Below are positions 34,771 to 47,429 of a DNA stretch of 64,000 nt, one piece after another. Numbering within the stretch: the first letter of the stretch is position 1; each line of letters opens with the position of its first letter. The stretch is taken from contig OZ024742.1 in the NCBI GenBank assembly GCA_964016885.1, forward strand, positions 225,866,001 to 225,930,000, given 5' to 3'. Source of the DNA: Eledone cirrhosa (taxonomy: Eukaryota). Made by a program: the position numbers and the translations under genes. The notes below the pieces were generated by a model. The model was not told where the DNA came from and ran no database searches. It saw nothing but the letters and a program-made list of their open reading frames with translations.

Positions 34771-35550
34771 GTAATAATAATAAATTTGAAGACTAAAATC
34801 CAAAGAGGGCTCGATAAGGATAAATATATATCAAATATATAAGAACCGTAGAGCAAATATTTATTAAAATAACAGATTAAAGTTTAAGCAAAGAATCGCT
34901 GCTTTCACCCTTAACGGGATCTTCTGAAACTAAAAAAATCAATCTGTGAACGCAGAAGTAAATATTTTGAAAAACGTTGCAACTGAAGGAAGGCAGGAAG
35001 ACGATACTTTGGTTCGTGGAAACGTTCCCTGGCAAAGAACAGAAAAAAGCGAAGAAAATATGTCATTATTTGGAGCGGTGAAAACAAACATGCAAAGACA
35101 AAACCACGTTTATGGTGTAAATGAAGTCGTAGACTAATATTCTATTAGGTGGTTCGTGGAGACGTTCTCTGGCAATGAACGGAAAAAACGAAGATAATAC
35201 ATCATTATGTGGAGCGGTGAGAACAATTACACGCAAAGACAAAACCACGTTCATGGTATAACTGAAGTCATAGACTAAAATTCTATATAGGAAACCGAAT
35301 GATTCTCGGCTTCAAAGTTAAGAATAATGTAAATAAATAATGACGTATTATCTTCGTTTTTTTCCGTTCTTTGCCAGGGAACGTTTCCACGAACTAAAGT
35401 ATCGTCTTCCTGTCTTCCTTCGGTTGCAACGTTTTTCGAAATATTTACTTCTGCGTTCACAGATTGATTTTTTTAGTTTCAGAAAATCCCATTAAGGGTG
35501 AAAGCAGCGATTCTTTGCTTAAACTTTAATCTGTTATTTTAATAAATATA
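34771..35550. mobile_element. (TA)n-flanked non-coding insert with about 215-bp inverted arms (PLE-pLTR-like)
   Basis: About 34858-35070 inverted versus 35336-35548; internal tandem duplication about 35010-35140 / 35150-35285. Confidence 0.65.
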
Positions 35551-35564
35551 TATATATATATATA

Positions 35565-36295
35565 CAGGGTGCGGACGATATTTGTTCGCAAGATTACTGT
35601 CTAGGAAAAAATAACACAGTAGTTTTATTTTTTAAGATATATTTATCAAACTTAGGTCAGTCTGTCTTCATGACTTGTTCTTTCTATCTCACTCGATAAA
35701 CTCGCCATTGGCTTTGATGACGGCCTTGGAACCGGCTACAGGCCTTCGTCACTGTCCCCCGACTTAGGCCCCTAAAGGCACTTGTGATCCTGGCCTTCAG
35801 ATCGTCTTTCGTATTGCAGATAGATATGTTGGTGTCTCGTTCCACTGCGCCCCACACAAAGAAGTCAAGGGTGTTGCAGTCAGGCGAGCTGGGAGGCCAG
35901 ATGTCAGGTGAAGTGTGGTCGACGAAGTTCTCTGACAGCCAGGCTTGGGTCTTTCGGCTGGTATGGCAGGGCGCTAAGTCTTGCTGCCTCACGTATGGCC
36001 TACCTGCAGCTACCTGGTCGATCCAGGGCTTTACTACCTCGCTCAGAACGCGGATGTAGCCATCGGTGTTCATCTTGAGGTCCTCGGGGAAGAAGTGAGG
36101 TGGCATGACGTCTCCTTGACTGCTGACGACACCTAAGACCAATGTTGTCGCTGGAAACTTTGTCTGCATGACTCTGGGCATGTCTTTCGATGAGACACCA
36201 TTCTCCTGCTGATGCTGAGAAAGTCTGAAGTTTCCTTATTTGTCCTCCCGGTGCGGATTCCAAGAAGAACTCCGTGTCTCTTCCACAAATTTGGA
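35565..36295 (-). mobile_element. Tc1/mariner-superfamily DD37D (maT-type) transposon, 3' remnant
   Basis: ORF 35684..36181: QQD-x37-D (WPPSSPDCNTLD); terminus TA|CAGGGTG at 35565. Confidence 0.88.
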
Positions 36296-36324
36296 GGTTC
36301 AAAATTATTATATATATATATATC

Positions 36325-37205
36325 TCATCATCATCATCATCACCGTTTTACGTCCATTCTTCCACACTAGCATGGGTTGGACTGGTTGTCCTGTTGGAGG
36401 GCAGTGCCAGGTCCGGTGACCTTGTCTTGCTCATATGGGAACTGATTTTGGCTGGATGCCCTTCCTAACACCAACCTCATTTACAGTGAGAGCTGGGTGC
36501 CTCTTTTCTGTGCTGCCTACATGACCACTTTACAGTGTGAGTTTTTGTCGTGACACCTCCATGACCACTTTGCAGTGGGAGGGGGTAGGGGCATAATGTC
36601 TATATGCTTCAGCTTCAGCTTGTACCTATAGGAAGTTGGGTCTTCTGTATTACTGTGTGACCCCAGAGGTCAATCCTGAGTCATCGCCTTTGAGAGGTGC
36701 TTTTATCACCTCATCCCAGGTCTTCTTGGGTCTCCCCACTCCAAGGCTTCCATCAACTTTTAGAGCTCTGCACCTTTTTATGCAGCTGTCATCATTCATA
36801 CGCATCACATGTCTATACCAACGCAACCTGCCCTCCTGCACACAGCATTTGATTCCTCTTATGCTCAGTTTCTCTCTCAATTCGTTTATGCTTTGCCGTT
36901 CGCGTATATTACTATTATATATCCATTGGAGCATGCAGGCTTCGTTTCTTTCTAATCTATGCAAGTCTTCTACAGACAACGCCCAGGTCTCACTACCATG
37001 TAACATTGCTGTTCGTATACACACATCATACAGTCTGCCTTTCATTTTGAGAGAAAAGCCTTTTGCAGCTAGTAGTGGTAGTAGCTCCCTGAACTTCTTC
37101 CATCCCGTTCTTACCCTGGTTACTGTACTTTCAGAACACCCACCTCCACTGCTAATTCGGTCACCTAGGTAGCAAAAGCTGTCTAATGTTTCTACAGAGC
37201 CCTCC
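36325..37205 (-). mobile_element. 5'-truncated RTE LINE
   Basis: ORF 36650..37045; (CAT)n tail at left. Confidence 0.92.
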
Positions 37206-37317
37206 CAGAGTTTGGTGGTAGTTTGATATAGATATATATCAAATTAAAAGATGGTGTTAAAGATTCACGTTAATCCCCTATAATTTAATTAGCGCAAGGA
37301 ATAGATTCCGAGCTCTT

Positions 37318-37603
37318 TATAAATCAGTATATAGAGAGAAGTACACAAAGAGGTATGTGTTTAATTATAGGGGATAGAAAACCACCAGAATGAAAAACAT
37401 TGTCTATGAAAGGAAAGGAGAATACAGATCAATTAAAAGAATAAATTAAAATGAACTAACCATCAGTACATTTTAATTTACTCTTTTAACTGATCTGTAT
37501 TCTCCTTTCTTTTCATAGACAATATGTTCTTCACACTGGTGGTTTTCTATCCCTATGATTAAACACATACCTCTTTGTGTACTTCTCTCTATATACTGAT
37601 TTA
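37318..37603. repeat. Long fold-back (about 140-bp arms, about 7-nt loop)
   Basis: ataaatcagtatatagagagaagtac...aaaatgaact aaccatc agtacatttt...ctctctatatactgatttat. Confidence 0.9.
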
Positions 37604-37883
37604 TATATATATATATATATGTATGTAAACCAATGTGGTCAAGAATTTTAATGAGAAAAAACAATTTAACCTAATAACAAATGTTTTGATAATCCAATAC
37701 GGAGAAAGCAGGCTTTGCTAAAAATTAATTTTTAACATCAATTTTTGTACATGTTATAAAGGTCCTTTATATATATATATCAGGTGCTCTTTTCAACCCC
37801 CTTTTTTTATCATTTTCCTTATATATATATGTATGTATATGGACGTTAAACAGTGATGATATTGATGTGTGTGTGTGTGTGTA

Positions 37884-38962
37884 TCATCATCATCATCATC
37901 ATCAACGTTTAACGTCCGTGTTCCACGCTTGCATGGGTTTGGACGGGGGTTTTCCCACTTGAGGCAAGAGTGATTGTCTTGCTCGCATAGGACTGTCTGG
38001 CGGGTTTTCTACAGCTGGATGCCCTTCCTAACACCAACCACATTTACAGTGTGGGGCTGGGAGGTTTTTACCGTGTTGCCTACACGGCCACATTACAGCG
38101 TGGACTGTGTGTTTTTTTGTCGTGACACCTACACGATCTCATTTGTTTCGGCCTGGATGTTGTGGCACCAACATAACTTTACATTAAAAGGGGCGGTGTG
38201 GATGGGGTGGGGGTGGTGGGACGGGGATGTATTTTGTTAGAGATGCCTACTGACTGTAGTAGGTTTTACTTTGTATTTAGGTAAGGCGAGTCTTCTCTAT
38301 TACTGAGTACCGCCAAAGGTCTCAGTCCAGTGACATTGTCTTGGAGAGGTGTAAGTGTGTGATGTCGGAATTTATCAGCTCGTCCCAAGTTTTTCTGGGT
38401 CTGCCTACTCCGTAGCTACCGTCTATCTTTATTGCCCTGCACTTTGTTATACAGCTGTCGTCTTTCATGCGCATCACGTGACCATACCAACGTAGCCTTC
38501 TCTCGAGTAAACAACATCTGATCCCTCTTATTTCTAATTTTTTCCTTAGTTCGCTTATGCTTTGCCGTTCACGTATGTTACTATTACACATCCAGCGGAG
38601 CATGCAAGCTTCGTTCCTCTCTAGTCTGCGTATATCCTCTGCACACAATGCCCAGGTCTCACTGCCATGCAACATTGCTGTTCGTATGCAGGCATCATAC
38701 AACCTGCCTTTCATTTTTAGGGAGAACCCTTTAGTGGCTAATAGTGGTATAAGCTCTCTGAACTTTTTCCATCCAGTTCTGACTCTAGCTACTGTACTTT
38801 CAGAGCACCCTCCCCCACTGCTGATTTTGTCACCCAGGTAACGGAAGCTGTCCACTATTTCTATAGAACCTTCTGCGCAATTGAAAGAGCTAGTATTTTG
38901 TGGGCACTTGCTGCTACTTATTGCACCAGAGCACCGGCCACATGTAAAATCTATGTTCTTAG

Positions 38963-38963
<1 letters not shown>
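37884..38963 (-). mobile_element. Young 5'-truncated RTE LINE
   Basis: ORF 38322..38855; near-identical to 33115-34356 in opposite orientation. Confidence 0.96.
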
Positions 38964-39015
<52 letters not shown>

Positions 39016-39554
39016 CGTCACCATAATTTTGTGTTCATCTTTCCATACTAGCATAAGTTGGATAGGTCATTACAAACTAAATCACTAATTAATCTGAATT
39101 ACTGTCCTTCTAGACATATTGGGAGGACTTACATACATTTCTGCACTGCTATGGTTTCTACAGCTGGATGCCCTTCCTAACACCAACCAGCTTATTTTAA
39201 CGTGACAACGGCACTGTCATTTTAATGTTCAGTAATGCATCTTCTGTAGCTACCTAGTTAACCTTCATGGTTGCACCAGTCCTTGGGAAAGGGGCAGTTT
39301 AGCTAAAATTAATAGAGTTTTTATAGCATTTTTAATATTAATGTCTAAACATTTTTCATATCTTAAGATGATTTTGAGAGTATGAAAAGTTAACATTTAG
39401 TTAAATTTAAAATCTTGTTTCCATTAAATATATTTTCATTTTTTTCTTCAATTCAACCATTTCATCAGTTTGTATATTTCCAGAGAGTGAAATACCATTT
39501 TTTTTCTCTTGTTTTAGTTTTCAGTCATCACCATAAATAAGGCTGTAATCAGGT

Positions 39555-39965
39555 TTTTAGTGCTCTAGGGTGACCTTACAATATGCACCCAGAAATTTAA
39601 CACCCTTGGCCAACCCTACAATATGCACCTGTTTCTAAGTACCCTAGGTTAACCCTACAATGTGCACCTTGATATTTAGAACCTAGGGTAACCCTACAAC
39701 ATGTATCTGGGTATTTAGCACCCTAGGCTAGATCTACGATATGCACCTAAGTATTTGGCTTCTTAGGCTAGCCTTACAATCTGGGAATATAGCGCCCTTG
39801 TTAGCTCTACCATCTGCACCTGGATATTTAGTATTCTAGGCTAGCCCTACAACATGTATCTAGGTACTTAGCACACCTACAATGTGTATCTGGGTATTTA
39901 GCACCCTAGGCTAACCCTACAATGTGTATTTGGGTATTTAGCACCCTAGGCTACCCCTATAATGT
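39555..39965. repeat. Degenerate 39-40-bp minisatellite (about 10 units)
   Basis: ccctacaatgtgtatctgggtatttagcaccctaggctaa variants. Confidence 0.8.
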
Positions 39966-40480
39966 TCACTCCTTTCTCCTTGTCAAGCACCCTATTATTA
40001 TAAATAAAATATTTTAACTTACAATTTGATAAAGTGACAAACCTAATTTTTGACACTTTTTGCTTTGACCAGACCAAGAAAATTACTGAGCTTGCATTTT
40101 CTGCTACACAGTTCACAGTCTTGCCTGAGTTGGTTTCAAAAGAGTTAAATAGAAACCCTTTAGAATGGGTGGTCTTGTTTCATAGAACGAAAGCCAGTTT
40201 TGGTCAGGCTGGTATCAAACAGGTTAAATAGGACCCTTTAAATGGTTTATTTTTTCATAGAAATAGAGTTGGTTTTGAGTTAGTATCAAAAAGCTAAATT
40301 GAAATAAACTCTTTGAAATGGGTGGGTTTTGTTTCATAGAAATGGAACCAATGTTCATTGAGTTGGTATTAAAAATGTTAAACTTAAAGATTTGATAGAT
40401 AATGTTCAAAATTGTCTACTGTTGATGGGAGCCATATGTAATTCTGCTATGTGAATCTTGATTTTATTTTAACAAATTAG

Positions 40481-40723
40481 AAACATTGCTGTTGATGATA
40501 AATCGAAGGACTCTGTGGTTGAAGAGGTAGTAGTTGTTGAAAAACCTGAACGAGCAGCCACAAATGTAAAACCTAAATCAAAGTCTGATAAATCGAAAGG
40601 TGGCACAGATGGAAGCAAACGAAGGAGTGCAGAAAAGAAAAAGACAATGCAACGTTTGGCACAGTTTCCTGTTCCATCGCCAATGTTTGGAACAACTTCA
40701 CCAAGTTCTGACGATATTTGCAG
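40481..40723 (+). CDS. HYDIN: HYDIN exon (NIAVDDKSKDSVVEEV...SPSSDDIC)
   Basis: aaattag / gtaaat, 243 nt, phase 2-2; overlaps ORF 40515..40727. Confidence 0.88.
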
Positions 40724-41029
40724 GTAAATAATTTTGGTCTTCTATAATATTATCCATTTTTGAAATCACTCATCATCATCATCATCACCATTGTTTTACA
40801 TTTTTTTTTTTGAGGCCCTTATTTTTTATTTTACATTGCTACACTGAAACAGTAAAAATTAGGAAACTACTTTGATCATGTAAAACTCAAACAAAATGTT
40901 TGTAGACAGATTCATCACAGGCATGAAACATTCTTCTGGGTGGCAATGACAGTGTGGGTGGTGTAGGAGCACTCCTAGCTGAGGGATAGGTGGATCAGGT
41001 AGTTGAAGTAGTCTTAATGGGTAATATAG

Positions 41030-41305
41030 AAGCGCGTGGCCTAGTGGTAAGGGTGTTGGACTTATGACCTTAACGTTGTGAGTTCAATTCTTGGACTGGG
41101 TTGTGTGTTGTGCAAAACACTTCATTTCATGTTGCTCCAATATACTCAACTGAAAATGAATACCAGCAATAGCTGGGATTTTAAACCTGCAATGGTCTGG
41201 CGTCCTGTCAGGAGGGAGTTTTATACTCCTAGTTGCTTAACACTATGGACATTGTGATAAACACTGGCCTGATGAGCCTCTAGGCTTCAAACAGACTTTA
41301 GACTT
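41030..41305 (+). mobile_element. tRNA-derived SINE family A, inserted in a degenerate RTE endonuclease fragment
   Basis: A box tggcctagtgg, B box gagttcaattc; related copies about 1905-2050(-), 34385-34497(-), 46370-46530, 46563-46897, 51155-51435, 57330-57590. Confidence 0.8.
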
Positions 41306-41578
41306 AGACTAATGGCTAATAGGATAATTAAACTTAGACAGGCCTTGGGCAATACAACAGCTACTATAACTTTTGCATATGACCCATACACTAGACTTGT
41401 AGATGAGCAGAAGAACCACTTCTATGAGGTCTTCTTACAAACTGCCTCAATGACAAATGACAGGGGTCTCATTGTGGCTAACAACTTCAATAGACATGTT
41501 GGGAAACACCATGATGGCTTTGTTTCTGTCCTCAGTTACTTGGGCTCATGTGGCCAATAAAAGAAATTATTATTGTTA

Positions 41579-44500
41579 TCTATATATCTAAAACAGAGAA
41601 TGTCTGTCTGTCCGATCACTAAAACTCGAGAACCACTCAACCGATTGTTTTCAAACTTTACACATGTAATACTTATGGTCCTGTGAGTGTTTTTTGCAAA
41701 AGAATTTCAAACTTTCAATGCCCTAGGGACTGCATTAGGCGATTTAGCGATCTCTCTCTCTCTCTCTCTCTCTCTTAGTCTTTCTCTTTTTAGATCGATA
41801 CATAGATATAACGTTGCACACTTATAATATCTGTCTGTCTGCCTGGCTGTCTGCATTATGACATTATGACGTAGCTGTGTGTGTGTGTATATATATATAA
41901 TGTCTAACGTTTTTCGAAATATTTACTTCTGCGTTCACAGATTGATTTTTTTATTTTAGTTTCAGAAGATCCCGTTAAGGGTGAAAGCAGCGATTCTTTG
42001 CTTAAACTTTAATTTGTTATTTTAATATATATATATATATAATTATATATTCATGTACAGATATTTTTGCATACACAATAACAAAATATAAACAAAAGTA
42101 TTTATTTTGCGATAAAGTATTGATTTTCTTTGCATGGAAAAAACCCCCTGGTAATCTACGACAAATTTTTTTTATAAGCACATAATGTAGACACCATCCC
42201 GAGGCTGAGGTATTCCGTACTTCTCTGTACTGTTATATATATATACTAGCGGTGGTACCCGGCATTGCAAGGGATAAGGTATTTTGGAACGCGGGCTGCC
42301 AACAGACCTAATCGTGGAAAAACTGCATGCCTCAACAATATGTAAAGAAAATAAACCGAATACTCTGATGGCTGGATAATCTTTAAGATTTTCCTTGATG
42401 AAGCAGGAAAAATGCAGGTTTTCACCTAATGCGAGCCCTAGGGGATCAAGAAAATGAATTTTTTTTTATGTGCATAATATGCCTTGAAATTTCAGGAAAA
42501 TCGGCTGGACGTAATGCCTAAAAAAACCCCTAAAAAGCTGAAAAAATGAAGTTTTTCACCTAATGCGGGCCCTAGGCCATAAAAAAAGTTGGATTTTCTT
42601 TGCTCATGGTATGAAGAAGAGACTGACTAATACATAGTTACAATTTCAAAGAGATCAGTCTGACATAACGCCTCAAAATACCCCTAAAAAGTTGAAAAAT
42701 GCAGTTTTTCACCTAATGCGAGCCCTAGGGGATGAAAAGGTTGAATTTTTTATGTGCATAACAGTCCCTGAAACATAACACAGGCCGCCAACAGACCTAA
42801 TCGTGAGAAAACTGCATGCCTGGACAATATGTAAAGAAAATAAACCAAATTCTCTGATGCAATTAGTATTAGGTATGCTTCTCCTTCCACATAGAGAACT
42901 TTTGTTCTCGTAAAGGCACGTAAGTAAGCAACACTGTGAAAACTGAAGCTATTACAGCAAAGTTTTTCTTTACCGGCTTTAATTTTTAGGTGTTGTGTGA
43001 AATATATAACCTGCAAACCTGATTTTTGAATCACAGCAGGATCGACTTTATTTTACTCGCTCCACTAAAAGTTGGATTTTCTTTGCTCACGGTATGAAGA
43101 AGAGACTGACTAATACCTAGTTACCGGCTATCATTTTTAGTGTTGTGTGAAATATATAACCACCTTAGCTAAGCTTAGTATTGCCACAACCACGGCTGGC
43201 AAAGAAGTAAGGGTCTGGTGTATGTAAGTAAGCAACACTGTGGTTTAAAACGTGAGGAAGAAGTTGTGTGTACTTACCAACTTTTTGGGGAATGAGTGTG
43301 AGATTTTTCTTGAGCAAGGGTGGCAGAATAACCAGAGGCAGCAGACAGCCAGACATACAGACAGATATTATAAGGGCGCATTCTGGACTGAGAGGGAATT
43401 GTTGGAAGTGACGTAATGCAGACAGCCAGACATACAGACAGATATTATAAGGGCGCGACGTTATATGTATGTATATATCTAAAAAGAGAAAGACTAAGAA
43501 TTATAGAGAGAGATCGTTAAATCGCCTAATGCTGTCCCCAGGGCATTGAAAATTTGAAATTCCTTTTGCTCAGAATACTCCCTGAAACATAAGTATTACA
43601 TGTGTAAAGTTTGAAAACAGTCGGTTGGGTGCTTCTCGAGTTTAAGGATTCAAACTCACACACACACAGACAGACATCCTCAGTTTTATATATACTAGCT
43701 GACGTACCCAGCTTCGCCCGGGTAAACAGATGATAAGTTCTGCCTGACTGTAAAACATGTATCATTGCATAGACGTGGTTATTCCACGTTTCTCAAAAGG
43801 ATGATGGAAGTTCCAATCTTTTATATTATATGTAGATATATAGATATAGATAATTAATATAAAAGATGATGCTCAGCCAGTTCGTCTTCAACCATCGCAG
43901 CACGCCGTCGCTGCTTGGCTCCAGTGTTTCGTTGGCATTGTTCAGCCAGCTCCTCTTCATTCATGGCGGCACGTTTTCACTTCTGAAGTTCGGCGTTCCG
44001 ATGGCGCTGTTCGGCCCGTTTTTCTTCATTCCTGGCTGCACGCCGTCGCCGCTGTAGTTCACTGTTTGATAAAGTCTAATAGCTTTTATTATCAGTATTC
44101 ATTTCGAGCAATTGTCAAAAAACGACACAATAATAAATATAAAAGATGTTCATCAATGTAAAAAAAGGTTCCTATTTACTCCCTTCACAACTCTATGTAT
44201 GTTAGACTGACAGACAGGCACACAGACATATAAACTGTATGGCGATTGTGGAATGCCCTACGTACACACACATACATGCATGGAAACGCGCATACACACG
44301 CAAACTTACACATGCACTCGTGCACTTACACATTCACACATGTTGATAGTTTTTACTTTCTGTGGAATGCTGCACGCACGCACACACACAAACATACGCA
44401 CACATACATACACACACACACATGGTAATAGTTACAGCGTTCACTTTGCCTCTCTGTTTCTTACTCTCCCCTCTCACTCCCTCATTGGCATTATGCGTAT

Positions 44501-44912
44501 TAATTTAAGTTTGGCGTCGTTGAGGTGGGCGGAGTCATTTGAAACCTATGAACCAATGATAATCGAGAATTATGACACACGGAATACTGACGTTCAAATT
44601 AATATATAGATATAGATATATATAATTATATATTTGTGTACAGGTATTTTTGCATACACAATAACCAAATATAAACAAACGTCCAACTGTAGAAAACCTG
44701 CCAGACAGTCCTATGCGAGCAAGACAATCACTCTTGCCTCAAGTGGGACTACCCCCGTCCAAACCCATGCAAGCGTGGAACACGGACGTTAAACGTTGAT
44801 GATGATGATGATGATGATGTATTTATTTCACGAGGCTCGATAAGGATAAATATATATCAAATATATAAGAACCCTAGAGCAAATCCCGAGCAACGCCGGG
44901 CCATTCTGCTAG
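41579..44912 (+). mobile_element. Non-autonomous Helitron with nested minus-strand Helitrons
   Basis: A|TCTATATATCTAAAAC at 41579; CCCGAGCAACGCCGGG hairpin then CTAG|T at 44909-44912; minus-strand hairpin+CTAG ends at 42246 and 43695. Confidence 0.75.
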
Positions 44913-44947
44913 TTATTACTATTATTATAATCCTTGATGTTTAGGGT

Positions 44948-45150
44948 GATGAATTGGCAGTATTGATAGAGCGTCGGACAGCATGCTTTGTGGCATAGAG
45001 TCACGGCTCTTTACATTCTGAGTTCAAATGCCGCCAAGGTTAGCTTTGCCTTTCACCTTTACGGGGTCGAGAAAATGAAGTACCAGTAATGCACTGAGGT
45101 CAATTTAATCGACTTTCCCCTTCTCTTCAAGTTGCCAAAAATAGAAACAA
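44948..45150 (+). mobile_element. SINE family B
   Basis: tggcag..gagttcaaat..gcctttca..ggggtcga..aagtaccagt; copies about 9990-10130(-), 24825-24965, 27470-27535, 30655-30760, 32075-32230, 32268-32480, 48340-48540, 52900-53065, 53785-53990(-). Confidence 0.8.
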
Positions 45151-45207
45151 TTATTATCCTTGATGTTCAATTCTGTATAAACACTGGTAAATTGTATCTA
45201 TTTTCAG

Positions 45208-45237
45208 TCCTGATACTTCCCAAATAGAAGCCAAGAA
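45208..45237 (+). CDS. HYDIN: HYDIN 30-nt micro-exon (PDTSQIEAK)
   Basis: ctattttcag / gtaagt, phase 2-2, frame-preserving; not required for frame so weaker support. Confidence 0.65.
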
Positions 45238-47246
45238 GTAAGTTTTAATCTTTGCCTTAACAAATTTAAACACAATCTATATAATGAATATTATTTAGAA
45301 AAGAAACAAATCAAAACAATTCAATAGAAATTATCAGAGGGGAAAAAAATGAAAGTAAACATGTACACTGAATTACACACTACAAGGAATGTTTGAGGTA
45401 AGCCTAAACTCCCACGGTATTACCATGGGTCATAGTATGGCTAAGGCACTGGAATAGCCAAGCTCTTTCACCAGCATCACCTAATACTTCAGTAAGGCCA
45501 AGTGATAGCGAGGCTGAGGCACTGGAATAGTCAAGTACCATCACCAACATCCCCTGATACATCAGTAAGGCAAAGTAAGTGCCATGGCACGCCTGAAAGA
45601 AAAATCATTGAATGATAGAAACTATATTTCTGCCACCTGACACAAACTAGGGCTTACAGTCAACTAAATTATCACTCACAATATATTATAGTGTATTGCT
45701 GATACATGTTTACTATACATGTCATGGGATCCTAGGTGACATGTTGAATACAGCTTCAATAATTTGGATAAATTCTTATCCTGTTTTACTTACATTTATC
45801 GCTAGTTATGATTTTGAAACATAGTGATGACATGAATTTCCTTTGACCTACCAGAGTAGTTCACTGAGTGGCCACAGACGGCACTGAGTGTCATTTTCAA
45901 TTATCTCTAAAAATCTAAATATTGGTGGCTGTTGTAGTTCTAGTGAATTGGGGAAATTCTTAGATTATTTTACTTACATTTATCCCTAGTTATGGCTTCC
46001 AAACACAGTGCATGTGTCAAAATATTTGTACCTTTATATTATTATATTTAAGGTTATGGAGAGTGTTTCTACCTTCATAATGAGTTTTTAAAGAATAAAC
46101 AAAGGTATACTGTTTTAACAGCTTCCTTGTGCTGAATTCTTCCAATTACTATATGAATTCTAATACACTCACCATTCAAACTATATATTCAAGATTCATT
46201 TGTAAATAAAGGTATGTTGTAAAGGTGTAGAAAAGTTGTTGATGATGAGATGGCAGTCTCCTGGGGATTTACCCTATATTATTATTACATGACCACTGTT
46301 TGTTTGGTAAAACAGATAATTTTGTACAGATCTGAAACTAAAGGTGCTGGAAAATGGATGTTGTACCTGTGTGGCTTAGTGGTTAGGGTGTTGGGATAAT
46401 GATTGTAAGATGATGAGTTTGATTCCCGGACCAGGCAGCTTGTTATGTCCTTGATCAAAACACATTCAGCTAGAAAAATGTGTTGTAATGACACTGGTCC
46501 CTAGCTGTATCAGCTTTTCCATTTCCCTTGGCCATCATCATATATATAGTGTACATAGTGAAGGCACATGGCTTAGTGGTTAGAGCATTGGGCTTGCAAT
46601 CGAAAGGTTGTGAGTTCAATTCTCGGACCGGGTGATGCATTGTGTCCTTGAGCAAGACACTTTATTTCACGTTGCTCCAGTTCACTCAGCTGTAGAAATG
46701 AGCTGCGATATCACTAGTACCAAGTTGTATCAGCCATAACCTTTCCCTTGGACAACATCGGTGGTGTGAAGAGGGGAGACAGGTATGCATGGGTGACTGC
46801 TGGTCTTCCTCAAACAACCTTGCCTGAACTTGTGTCTCTGAGGGGAACTTTCTAGGTGCATATCACATGGTCATTCGTGGCCGAAGGGGGTCTTTGAGTG
46901 TACATAGTGTATGTATTGTATATATTGTGTATACATAATGTATATGAGTTGCAATGTCACTGGTGTCAAGCTGTATTGGCTTTTGCCCTTCCTCTTTTGC
47001 CCTTTCCTAGAAAACCCCCCTGTCTGAGTTTGTGCTTAAAATAAGCAAACCTATAGTTAATCTTTCAAGGGCATATAACCCATGGGCAGATATGACAAAA
47101 GGGGCACTTTGTCTTTCAGAGAGTCAAACCTATGGACAGTCAGTCATGAATGTATAACCCATGGTCAGGTTTGACCATGATGGTGGGTAGGGTAGGTGGG
47201 TGTGGCCTCTGATGATTTTGTTTCTGTAAATATAATTTATCACTAG

Positions 47247-47429
47247 GCTGACTTACTTCCGATGGATTGTACCAGCTAATGGATACACTACTCTTAGAAT
47301 CCGTTTCTCATCTGATGAGTTAGGGGAATTTAATCAAATACTGACATTTGAAATCCTTGGCACCAAAAAACAGTACCAAGTACACAACAATGGAATTTGT
47401 GTGTTCCCATCTATTTGTCAAGATCCAAA
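47247..47429 (+). CDS. HYDIN: HYDIN exon (LTYFRWIVPANG...FEILGT...FPSICQDP)
   Basis: cactag / gtaaga, 183 nt, phase 2-2; FRWIVPANG..FSSDE..FEILGT..ICQDPK matches HYDIN. Confidence 0.96.

Noticed and set aside
35475-35520. Hammerhead-like CAGAAGA..CCC/GGG..GAAAGC (also about 34895-34930 minus and 41960-42000)
   Set aside because: Core reads CAGA not CUGA in all copies and I could not form stem III/UH or stem I.
37318-37603. A/G differences between hairpin arms as a fossil RNA-editing signature
   Set aside because: Few sites, both directions present; ordinary transitions explain them.
46563-46635. tRNA gene candidates (also 41032, 57330, 50412)
   Set aside because: A and B boxes continue into SINE bodies without a complete cloverleaf; these are SINE heads.
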